Part shown: positions 18,874 to 26,608 of the stretch, piece after piece
Numbering within the stretch: position 1 is the first letter of the stretch
Layout: every line of letters begins with the position of its first letter
Assembly (NCBI GenBank): GCA_903891395.1
Contig: CAITEM010000009.1
Span: 1 to 34,199 of the forward strand
DNA length: 34,199 bases
Direction of reading: 5' to 3'
Source of the DNA: an uncultured Hyphomicrobiales bacterium
GTDB taxonomy: Bacteria > Pseudomonadota > Alphaproteobacteria > Rhizobiales > Xanthobacteraceae
The notes under the pieces: generated by a model
Told to the model about the DNA's origin: nothing
What the model saw: the letters and a program-made list of their open reading frames with translations, nothing else
Database searches by the model: none
Translations under genes and position numbers: made by a program

Positions 18874-19266
18874 ATGATGCGTAAAATACTTCCCCTTCTC
18901 GCACTGGCCGCTGCGGCGGCTGTGGCAACACCAGCGCTTGCCGAGCCCGATTCCGTGAACCCGAACTACGGCGGCTACACTTACGCCGCGCCGGTCGTGG
19001 CGGGCGCGGCGGTCGGCACGCTTGCCGGCATCGGCGCTTATCAAGGCTGGTATGGCAGCAGCGCCTTTGCGACCGCCGCGGGCGTCAGCGCAGGGACCGC
19101 GGCTGTCGTCGGTGGCGTTGCCGGTGTCGGCGCAGTGGCACTGCTCGAAGGCGTCACGGCGCACTGCCACGGCTTCGGCGTTCTCTGGACCCCGCGCACC
19201 GAATGTGTGGACGGTCAGTGGGTCGGCGACCAGCCGATCGTTCATCGCCGCCACGCGTCGCGTTGA
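18874..19266 (+). CDS. Small exported glycine-zipper-like protein (130 aa)
   Basis: AGGAG ribosome-binding site at 18863-18867; signal peptide MMRKILPLLALAAAAAVATPALA; GxxxG-rich hydrophobic segments; two C-terminal Cys; followed by a terminator. Confidence 0.8.
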   Translation: MMRKILPLLALAAAAAVATPALAEPDSVNPNYGGYTYAAPVVAGAAVGTLAGIGAYQGWYGSSAFATAAGVSAGTAAVVGGVAGVGAVALLEGVTAHCHGFGVLWTPRTECVDGQWVGDQPIVHRRHASR

Positions 19267-19286
19267 TCGTAACGCCGGCTGAATGC

Positions 19287-19318
19287 AAAACCTCCGCGGT
19301 TCGCCGCGGAGGTTTTTT
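19287..19318. terminator. Bidirectional intrinsic terminator
   Basis: AAAACCTCCGCGG-TTCG-CCGCGGAGGTTTTTT, a perfect stem between convergent genes. Confidence 0.9.
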
Positions 19319-19351
19319 ATTGCGCATGATCCGAGAAGGGGCAACCGGCTT

Positions 19352-21877
19352 TCAGGCGGCGGATTGCTTGGTGAGCGGCTGAGTGGCCTGCGCGACGGGG
19401 AATACGCATGTCACCGTGGTGCCCTGACCGGGCGTCGAGTCGATTGTCACCGTGCCGCCGTGCAGTTCGACGAACGAGCGGACCAGCGACAGGCCAAGCC
19501 CGGTGCCGCGATGGTCGGAGCCGTTGGAGTCGGTCTCGAACCAGTCGAACACTTTGTCCTTCTGCTCGGGAGGAATGCCGGGACCACGGTCGGTGACCGT
19601 AAACACCACTGCATCGGGACGGCGCTCCGCCTTCAGCGTCACGATGCCGCCCGGCGGCGAGAAGCCGACCGCGTTGGACAAGAGGTTGAACAAAATCTGC
19701 CGCAGCCGGCGTTCGTCGGCGGTGAAGCTGCCGATGTTGGCCGCGGCGCTGATGTCGAGCTTCAGGTGATCCTTCACCAGCCGGTCCAGCAGGCCTTCCG
19801 CCGCGGCTTCCATGCTGGCGCGGATGTCGACGTCGCCCAGCGTCAAAGACATGGCACCGGCGTCGATGGTAGCGAGATCGAGGATGTTGTTGATCAGCGC
19901 CAGCAGCGCATTCGTCGAGTTGGTGATGTAGCCGAGATATTCGCGCTGCTTTTCCGTGAGCGGGCCGAAGGCGGGGTCGCCGAGGAAATGCGCGAAACCG
20001 ATGATGTTGGTAAGCGGCGAGCGCAGCTCATACGAGACGTGATGGACGAAATCGATTTTGATACCGTCCGCGGCGACCAGCGCTTCGTTGCGCTCGCGCA
20101 GCGCGCGCTCGACATTGACGGTGTCCGAGACGTCCTGGAACGTCACCAGCGTGGCACCATCCGGCAGCGGCATCGTGGTCAGGTCGATCATGACGCCGTC
20201 GCGGCGTTCGATCCGCGCCACCATCGGTTCGCGGCCGTCGATCGCGGTGATGGCGCCGCGCAAGTTGCGCCAGACGGCATTGTCGTCGTGCAGCGCCTGG
20301 CACCAGGCGGCGACCGCCTCGATATGCGGATGGGCGTCGAGCGCCTCGGGCGCCAGCTTCCACATGCGCTGGAATGCCTGATTGTGCAGCCGCACGCGGC
20401 CGTCGCTGCCGAACACGGCGACGGCTTCCGCCAGGTGATCGAGAGTCTCGCTCTGCACCTTGATCAGCGCATCGTAACGGCGATGCATCGCCAGCCGCTC
20501 GGTGACGTCGTCGTAGAGATAGGTGACGCCGCCTTCGGGATTGGGCGTGGTGACGACGCGCAGCGTGCGGCCGTCGGGCAGGTGCCACATATGCTCTTTC
20601 GGCTCGACCGCGCGATAGGCTTCGTACAGCGCCAGCTTCCATTCGCGGAAATTGGTTTCCTCGGGCAGCTTGCGGGCGGTACGCAGCGCGTCGAGCACGG
20701 TGCCGTCGGTCGGCGTGTTGTCGAGCAAGCCCGGCGCGAGGTCGAACAGCGAGCGGAAGGCGCTGTTGTAGAAAATCAGCTTGCGGTCGACGTTGAAGAT
20801 CGAGACGCCGGTGGCGAGCTGATCGAGCACGCGGCGGTGCGCCTCGACCATGCGCGCGAGTTCGGTGCGCATGGTCTCGACTTCGGTGCGGTCGATCGCC
20901 ATGCCGGCGGAGCCTGCGCCGCTCGCCGCGTCGACGACGTCGAAGATGCGGCGAGCGCCGGCGACGATGGCGGGCAGCCGCCCGGAATAGGGTTCGTTGA
21001 TGCTGCGTGCGCGGGTCAGTTCGTGGCGCGCGCCGCGATCCAGCAGTTCCAGCTCGCGTTCGACCGCGTCGGTTGCATCGTTGGCTTCGACGGCGCGCGC
21101 GTAGGCGCGATTCACGAACACCAGCTTGCCGGCCGCATCGCGCGCCCAGACCGGCGCCGGCAGCGAATCGAGCAGGCCCTTCAACGTCTCGACGTCGCTC
21201 GCCAGTCCGTCGTGGCGCGCCGCCAGGTCGATCAATTCGCGTTCGATGCCGCTGACGTCGCGCAACCGCAGCACGGCGCGGCCGCCGACGGCGCGGCCCT
21301 CGGCTTCGATCGGCCGTCCCGCCGTGGTGGTGAGCGTCATCACGAAACCGCGGCCCTCGGCCCGCAGCGTCTCGACCGCGTGTTCCATGCGTTGCGCCGC
21401 CGCCGGTTCGAGCCAGGTGCCGAACGCGAGCACGCGCTCGGGCGCATCGCCGGCGACGATCAGACTGCTGTCGCCAAGAATATCCACGGCATCGGTTGCA
21501 GCCGCCCAGGCGACCAGCACTTGCGGTTCGGATAGCAACAACGTCGTGAGGCGGTCCACCTCGGCCTGTAATTCCATCGCCTTGTCGCGTGAGCCGGCCT
21601 GTGCGCGGTCGGTCGCCTTGCGTGCACGCAACAATGCGATGGTGGCGAGCACCGCGAAGATCACGAGGCCGAGCGTTAACGTGAGGGTTGCGATTTGCGG
21701 CTGGCTGAGCGCCGCGCCGGTGCTGTCGATTGTGTCGACGATGCTGCTGCCAGCGTCCGCATGCGCCGGCGTCGCCGCCGTCCAGCAAAAATTTGTGAGG
21801 AGGAAGGCGACCGGCAGACCGCCCCGCTTCGGACGAGAACGCAGCCTCTCGTTCGCCGCCCGGATTGTCTCCGGCAT
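19352..21877 (-). CDS. divL: DivL-type PAS-domain pseudo-histidine kinase (cell-cycle regulator)
   Basis: H-box reads VSYELRSPL (Tyr instead of His, the DivL hallmark); N-terminal TM, multiple PAS folds, HATPase N/G1/G2 boxes; usual position upstream of tsaE-murU-addBA. Confidence 0.85.
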   Translation of the reverse strand: MPETIRAANERLRSRPKRGGLPVAFLLTNFCWTAATPAHADAGSSIVDTIDSTGAALSQPQIATLTLTLGLVIFAVLATIALLRARKATDRAQAGSRDKAMELQAEVDRLTTLLLSEPQVLVAWAAATDAVDILGDSSLIVAGDAPERVLAFGTWLEPAAAQRMEHAVETLRAEGRGFVMTLTTTAGRPIEAEGRAVGGRAVLRLRDVSGIERELIDLAARHDGLASDVETLKGLLDSLPAPVWARDAAGKLVFVNRAYARAVEANDATDAVERELELLDRGARHELTRARSINEPYSGRLPAIVAGARRIFDVVDAASGAGSAGMAIDRTEVETMRTELARMVEAHRRVLDQLATGVSIFNVDRKLIFYNSAFRSLFDLAPGLLDNTPTDGTVLDALRTARKLPEETNFREWKLALYEAYRAVEPKEHMWHLPDGRTLRVVTTPNPEGGVTYLYDDVTERLAMHRRYDALIKVQSETLDHLAEAVAVFGSDGRVRLHNQAFQRMWKLAPEALDAHPHIEAVAAWCQALHDDNAVWRNLRGAITAIDGREPMVARIERRDGVMIDLTTMPLPDGATLVTFQDVSDTVNVERALRERNEALVAADGIKIDFVHHVSYELRSPLTNIIGFAHFLGDPAFGPLTEKQREYLGYITNSTNALLALINNILDLATIDAGAMSLTLGDVDIRASMEAAAEGLLDRLVKDHLKLDISAAANIGSFTADERRLRQILFNLLSNAVGFSPPGGIVTLKAERRPDAVVFTVTDRGPGIPPEQKDKVFDWFETDSNGSDHRGTGLGLSLVRSFVELHGGTVTIDSTPGQGTTVTCVFPVAQATQPLTKQSAA

Positions 21878-21925
21878 TCAGGCTTGCCCCAGGGATTAGG
21901 AGACGGTGTCCGCCACGCCGTCCAC

Positions 21926-21970
21926 GAATCGCACGACTTTACTCTCAACGGGAATCGCGCCGAAAGAGTC
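21926..21970. promoter_or_regulatory. Cluster of three GANTC (CcrM methylation) sites upstream of divL
   Basis: GAATC 21926-21930, GAATC 21952-21956, GAGTC 21966-21970. Confidence 0.5.
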
Positions 21971-22028
21971 CAGATCGTGAACGTACTATCGAGGGTGAAG
22001 CTTGTTTCAGGCCGTGGGCCTGCGGCGG

Positions 22029-22439
22029 CTATTTAAGGCCTTCGGCCTGTCTGGCGACGTCTTCGACGGTAATCCGGCCGAGCGCGGCGGAGAACGTCCG
22101 CTCGGCTTCGGCCAGCGCCGGCCGCACCACGTCCATCACCAGCGCGGACAAAGGCAGTGGCGGCTCGTCGGCTTCTTCGGCGCTGCTCGCGGCGCGCAGA
22201 ATGTCCTCGGCGGTGATGGCCTTGCGATCCCGCGCGAGTTCGGAGCCGCCATGCGGACCGCGCACACCCTTCAGGATGCCCTCGCGTACCAAAGCTTGCA
22301 GGACCGGCTCACGATGACGCGGCGGCAGCTTGTGACGGGCGGCCAACGCTTTGGCTGATACCGGGCGTCCATTGGCGTGGATCGCGACGTCGATAACGGC
22401 GGCAATGGCAAGGATGCCCTTGCGAGACACCAGCGGCAT
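22029..22439 (-). CDS. Rrf2 family transcriptional regulator, cysteine-free
   Basis: RPVSAKALA..LPPRHxEPVLQALVREGILKGVRGPHGGxELAR..IT..DI pattern; no Cys, so no IscR/NsrR-type Fe-S ligands. Confidence 0.9.
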   Translation of the reverse strand: MPLVSRKGILAIAAVIDVAIHANGRPVSAKALAARHKLPPRHREPVLQALVREGILKGVRGPHGGSELARDRKAITAEDILRAASSAEEADEPPLPLSALVMDVVRPALAEAERTFSAALGRITVEDVARQAEGLK

Positions 22440-22523
22440 GATTTGGCACCACTTGCAACTAATTGCAGTGGTAATAGGCTACAGTCAGTCAGCCGTCCAG
22501 CACCAAACAGAGAGCTTGTCGTT

Positions 22524-22976
22524 TCAACCGCCGGTCGAGCCGAATCCGCCGTCGCCACGGCGTGTTTCGTCGAGTGAGGCGACCTCGGACAATGGAACTC
22601 GCGCGACGGCTGCAACCACCAACTGGGCAATTCGCATCCCGCGCGTGATGGTGACTGATTCGCTGCCCAGATTCACAAGCAGGACCTGGAGTTCGCCGCG
22701 ATAGTCGGCGTCGATCGTACCCGGCGCATTGAGCACCGTGAGGCCATGGCGCATGGCCAGACCCGAGCGTGGCCGCACCTGGCCTTCGGTGCCTTCGGGA
22801 AGCGCGATGGCGAGGCCGGTCGGCACCAAAGCGCGCATGCCCGGCGCGATGACGAGCGGCTGATCGGCCGGCACCGCCGCCATTAGATCGAGCCCCGCGG
22901 CCAGCGCGCTTTGATAGGAGGGCAGCGGCAAATCCTGGCCGTGTGCCAGCCGCATGACGCGGACGCCGTTGGTCAT
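22524..22976 (-). CDS. dut: dUTP diphosphatase
   Basis: [42 protein letters not shown]. Confidence 0.98.
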   Translation of the reverse strand: MTNGVRVMRLAHGQDLPLPSYQSALAAGLDLMAAVPADQPLVIAPGMRALVPTGLAIALPEGTEGQVRPRSGLAMRHGLTVLNAPGTIDADYRGELQVLLVNLGSESVTITRGMRIAQLVVAAVARVPLSEVASLDETRRGDGGFGSTGG

Positions 22977-23013
22977 TGCGCAGTCTCCAACCGTTCTCGA
23001 ATTGCGTCCTCAA

Positions 23014-23088
23014 ATCCGTCGAGGCTCGCGAAGCTTGTTATCGCGCCGCGCTCCGCCCGGACCCGTTGGCTCGCACCTCAGGATGACG
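23014..23088 (-). repeat. Degenerate CGTC-type REP element
   Basis: Minus strand CGTCATCCTGAGGTGCGAGCC...GCGAGCCTCGACGGAT resembles, from recall, the alphaproteobacterial CGTCATCCTGAGG...CTCGAAGGA repeat; sits in the coaBC-dut gap. Confidence 0.6.
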
Positions 23089-23105
23089 GAGTAAAGATGG
23101 CCCGG

Positions 23106-24512
23106 TCATTTATCCGCGATTTCCGCCGCAATGCGCGCGACCAGCATCGCGGCGACGTCCTGTTTGCTCTGCGGCGGCCAGGGCTCGATGCCTTCGGCCG
23201 TGACGAGCTGGATCGTGTTGCTGTCGCCGCCCATGATTCCGGTCTGCGGCGAAACGTCATTGGCGAGAATCCAGTCGCAGCCTTTGCGCGCGAGCTTGTC
23301 TTTGGCATTGGCGGCGACGTTCTCCGTCTCCGCGGCAAAGCCGATCACCAGCTTCGGCCTTTTCGATTTGCGATGTGAGATGGTCGACAGGATGTCGGGG
23401 TTCTCCGTCAGCAAGAGATCGGGTGTTGCCTGGCCGGCCTTCTTCTTGATTTTCTGCTCGCCGGCATTGGCGACGCGCCAGTCCGCGACGGCCGCGGCGA
23501 AGATTGCGATATCGACCGGCAGCGTGCGCTCGACCGCTTCCAGCATCTCGCGCGCGGTCTCGACTTTGATCAATTTTATGCCCGTGGGATCGGGCAAATT
23601 CACCGGTCCGCTGATCAGCGTCACATCGGCGCCGGCAGCCGCCGCAGCCATTGCGATCGCGTTGCCCTGCTTGCCGGACGAGCGGTTGGCGATGTAGCGC
23701 ACTGGGTCGATCGGCTCGTGGGTGGGGCCGGACGTGATCAACATGCGTTTACCGGCGAGCGGCTTGTCGGCGCTCGCAGCGAGAAGTTTCTCCGCCGCCG
23801 CCGCGATCTCCAGCGGTTCCGCCATGCGGCCGGTACCGCGCTCGCCGGATTCCGCCTTCTCGCCTTCGTTGGGGCCGATGGTGAGGACGCCGTCGGCGGC
23901 AAGCTGCGCAAGATTGCGCTGCGTCGCTTTGTTGAACCACATCAGCGGATTCATCGCCGGCGCCAGAAGAATCTTCGCGTGCGTCGCCAGCAGCGCGGCG
24001 GTGGCGAGATCATTGGCGTGGCCGTTCGCCATCTTCGCCATCAGATCGGCGGTCGCGGGCGCGACGACGACGAGATCGGTCTCGCGCGCGAGACGGATAT
24101 GACCGACGTCGAACTCGCCGGCGGGATCGAACAGATCGGTAAACACCTTTTCGCCGGCCAGCGCGCCGGCCGCGAGCGGCGTGACAAAATGTTCGGCGGC
24201 CTTGGTCAGGACGCAACGCACGGCGATGCCGCGTTCCTTCAAGCGCCGGATCAGGTCGAGCGATTTGTAGGCGGCGATGCCGCCGCCGATGATCAGCAGC
24301 ACGCGCTTGGTGTCCGGCGCCGCGGCCGCGCGGCCTGCGGATTTCGGCGCCGGCGGCTCGAACGGTCCCGGCACGTCGGTTCCGCTCTCGTCCGCCGCGG
24401 CACGCAGGATGGTGCGCACTTCGTCTTCAACCGAGCGCCCTGAGCGCGCGGCCCGAAGCCGCAGCAGCTTCTTCAACCGGTCATCAAGCTGCCGTATCGT
24501 GAGAGACGCCAT
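23106..24512 (-). CDS. coaBC: Bifunctional PPC decarboxylase / PPC synthetase with an extra N-terminal FitA-like ribbon-helix-helix domain
   Basis: GGGIAAYK, GHIRL, APATAD, PAMN, TSGPTHEPIDPVRYIANRSSGKQG, AAVAD, GFAAET, ANDV. Residues 1-40 (MASLTIRQLDD...LRLRAARSGRSVEDEVRTIL) are RHH-like; AGAGGA ribosome-binding site 7 nt before the ATG. Confidence 0.95.
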   Translation of the reverse strand: MASLTIRQLDDRLKKLLRLRAARSGRSVEDEVRTILRAAADESGTDVPGPFEPPAPKSAGRAAAAPDTKRVLLIIGGGIAAYKSLDLIRRLKERGIAVRCVLTKAAEHFVTPLAAGALAGEKVFTDLFDPAGEFDVGHIRLARETDLVVVAPATADLMAKMANGHANDLATAALLATHAKILLAPAMNPLMWFNKATQRNLAQLAADGVLTIGPNEGEKAESGERGTGRMAEPLEIAAAAEKLLAASADKPLAGKRMLITSGPTHEPIDPVRYIANRSSGKQGNAIAMAAAAAGADVTLISGPVNLPDPTGIKLIKVETAREMLEAVERTLPVDIAIFAAAVADWRVANAGEQKIKKKAGQATPDLLLTENPDILSTISHRKSKRPKLVIGFAAETENVAANAKDKLARKGCDWILANDVSPQTGIMGGDSNTIQLVTAEGIEPWPPQSKQDVAAMLVARIAAEIADK

Positions 24513-24536
24513 AGTAAAATCCTCTATGTCTTGAAT

Positions 24537-24568
24537 AAGTTAAGCCAATACTGATTGCAATGCAATCA
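24537..24568 (-). promoter_or_regulatory. Putative coaBC promoter overlapped by a perfect palindromic operator
   Basis: Minus strand TTGCAT-N17-TAACTT (24565-24537); the palindrome TGATTGCA-A-TGCAATCA (24552-24568) covers the -35 box. Confidence 0.65.
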
Positions 24569-24608
24569 ACGCACTCAATCGGCCCTGAGATTCCGTTTTA
24601 CGGCCGGC

Positions 24609-24664
24609 TTGACGAGCGTCGCCATGCTCTGTATTTAACCAATGAGTTATTTAACTGATTGGTT
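24609..24664 (+). promoter_or_regulatory. Promoter and operator of the ArsR-SRPBCC operon
   Basis: TTGACG-N17-TATTTA followed by AACCAATGAGTTA-TT-TAACTGATTGGTT (13 bp inverted repeat, 1 mismatch, 24637-24664). Confidence 0.7.
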
Positions 24665-24671
24665 CATAACG

Positions 24672-25061
24672 ATGCAAGCGGACCGCCTCAGCGCCACGTT
24701 TTCCGCTCTCGCCGATCCGACGAGGCGCGCCATTCTGGCGCGCCTCGCACGCGGCGAAACCTCGGTGTCGGAATTGGCCGGGCCGTTCAAGATGAGCATG
24801 CCCGCGGTCTCCAAGCATCTCAAAGTGCTGGAGCATGCCGGTCTGATCACGCGCAGCCGCGCGGCGCAGACGCGGCCCTGCAAGATCGAAGCGGCCGCGC
24901 TGAAGGAGGCCGACGATTGGCTGGAAGAATACCGCCGGCTCTGGGAGCAGCGGCTCGACCGTCTCGAGGACTACCTGAAAGCCATTCAGGCCAATCCCGC
25001 GCAACAGGCGGCCGAATCCAAACCCAAAGCAAAGGAGAGGCGCCGTGGCCGAACGCAATAG
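24672..25061 (+). CDS. ArsR/SmtB family transcriptional regulator (SRPBCC-associated type)
   Basis: FSALADPTRRAILARL, SVSELAGPF.MSMPAVSKHLKVLE.AGLI, W..RLDRLE.YL. Alternative start at 24642. Confidence 0.93.
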   Translation: MQADRLSATFSALADPTRRAILARLARGETSVSELAGPFKMSMPAVSKHLKVLEHAGLITRSRAAQTRPCKIEAAALKEADDWLEEYRRLWEQRLDRLEDYLKAIQANPAQQAAESKPKAKERRRGRTQ

Positions 25062-25119
25062 CGTTACGGCCAACAGGCACGGGCCGCTAACAAAAATCTG
25101 AATTTGTACGGAGGATGCA

Positions 25120-25629
25120 ATGCAGGCTGCGCCATCAAAAGACTTTGTCATCTCGCGCGTGCTCGATGCACCGCGCGATCTGGTCTGGAAGTGTTTCACC
25201 GATCCCGCGCATATGCAGGCGTGGTGGGGACCTACCGGCGTCAACGTCGTCAAGTCGGAGATGGATCTGCGCGTCGGCGGCACCTATCTTTACGGCATGC
25301 AGACGCCGGACGGCGCTGTGATGTGGGGCCGGCAGGTCTTTCGCGAAATCACGCCACCGGAACGGCTGGTTCTCATCAACTCCTTCTCCAACGAAGCCGG
25401 CGGACTGTCGCGTCATCCGATGTCGCCGACCTGGCCAATCGAAATCTACTCGATCTTTACTTTCGACGAGATGCCGGACGGCAAGACCAGGTTCACTGTG
25501 ACCTGGCGGCCGTACAATCCGACGGATGAAGAGCGCGCCACCTTCGACGCAGGTCACGCCAGCATGACTGGCGGCTGGAGCGGCACCATCGATAAACTCG
25601 AAACCTATCTCGCGAAAGCGAAAGGGTAG
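25120..25629 (+). CDS. SRPBCC/AHSA1-like ligand-binding protein
   Basis: SRVLDAPRDLVWKCFTDP..WWGP, DLRVGG, EITPPERLV, GWSGTIDKL. Confidence 0.9.
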   Translation: MQAAPSKDFVISRVLDAPRDLVWKCFTDPAHMQAWWGPTGVNVVKSEMDLRVGGTYLYGMQTPDGAVMWGRQVFREITPPERLVLINSFSNEAGGLSRHPMSPTWPIEIYSIFTFDEMPDGKTRFTVTWRPYNPTDEERATFDAGHASMTGGWSGTIDKLETYLAKAKG

Positions 25630-25632
25630 GTC

Positions 25633-26130
25633 ATGGCAATCGTCAAACAGAAGATCGTTCCCTGCCTATGGTTCGACACCAGGGCCGAAGAGGCGGCAAA
25701 CTTCTACGTCGGCATCTTCAAGAATTCCCGCATCGGCAGCGTCAGCCGCTTTCCCTACGCCGGCAAGGAAATCCACGGCAAGGACGCGGGCTCGGCGATG
25801 GTTGTCGAGTTCGAGATCGAGGGCCAAACCTTCACAGCGTTGAACGGCGGCCCGCAATTCACCTTCGACGAGGCGGTTTCGTTTCAGGTGATGTGTGAGT
25901 CGCAGGAAGAGATCGACCATTACTGGAGCAAGCTCACCGCCGATGGCGGCACTGAAGGACAGTGCGGTTGGCTCAAGGACAAGTTCAAACTGTCCTGGCA
26001 GATCGTGCCCAGCATCGTGCCGAAGCTGATGACCGGCGGCCCCGACAAGGCGGCGCGTGTGATGAACGCCTTCATGAAGATGAAAAAGCTCGACATCGCA
26101 ACGCTGCAACATGCCGCCGAGGGGCAATGA
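25633..26130 (+). CDS. VOC family, PhnB-like protein
   Basis: KIVPCLWFD..AEEAANFY, ALNGGPQFTFDEAVSF, QCGWLKDKFKLSWQIVP, MKMKKLDI. Confidence 0.9.
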   Translation: MAIVKQKIVPCLWFDTRAEEAANFYVGIFKNSRIGSVSRFPYAGKEIHGKDAGSAMVVEFEIEGQTFTALNGGPQFTFDEAVSFQVMCESQEEIDHYWSKLTADGGTEGQCGWLKDKFKLSWQIVPSIVPKLMTGGPDKAARVMNAFMKMKKLDIATLQHAAEGQ

Positions 26131-26131
26131 C

Positions 26132-26605
26132 ATGACAAAAACGGAATCATTTGGCGAAGGCACGGTCGAGATCGTCCGTGTGTTCGACGCGCCGCGCGCT
26201 TTGGTGTGGCAGGCCTGGACCGATCCCAAGATGATGGCGCAGTGGTTCGGGCCGCGCGGCTTTACCAGCTCGGTGCCGGAGTTGGACGTCCGCGTCGGCG
26301 GTGCCCTGCGCATCGTCATGCACGGGCCTGACGGCAATGACTATCCGATGAAGGGCGTGTTTACCGAGGTGGTTGCGCCCGAGCGGTTGGTGTTCAGCAA
26401 CATCGCGCTCGACAATGACGGCAATCATCTGCTCGAGGGCAAAACCAGCGTCTCGCTCACCGAGCACGGCGGCAAGACGACGGTGACCTTGAAGTCACAC
26501 GCCGTGGGCCTGGTCCCGGCCGCGCCGCAGATGCTGGCTGGCATGAACGCGGGCTGGACCCAGAGTATCGACAAGATGGGAGAGTTGGTGGCGCGCTCGA
26601 AGTAG
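26132..26605 (+). CDS. SRPBCC/AHSA1-like ligand-binding protein
   Basis: RVFDAPRALVWQAWTDP..WFGP, DVRVGG, EVVAPERLVF, GWTQSIDK; ATG 1 nt after the upstream stop. Confidence 0.9.
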   Translation: MTKTESFGEGTVEIVRVFDAPRALVWQAWTDPKMMAQWFGPRGFTSSVPELDVRVGGALRIVMHGPDGNDYPMKGVFTEVVAPERLVFSNIALDNDGNHLLEGKTSVSLTEHGGKTTVTLKSHAVGLVPAAPQMLAGMNAGWTQSIDKMGELVARSK

Positions 26606-26608
26606 CGG

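Noticed and set aside
20020-20045. His-to-Tyr change in the kinase H-box as a novelty or error
   Set aside because: This is the known hallmark of DivL.
25633-26130. Link between the '3-demethylubiquinone methyltransferase'-named VOC family and the adjacent ubiB/ubiE
   Set aside because: The protein has no SAM-binding motif and routinely occurs in ArsR-SRPBCC operons; the family name is not evidence of a ubiquinone role.
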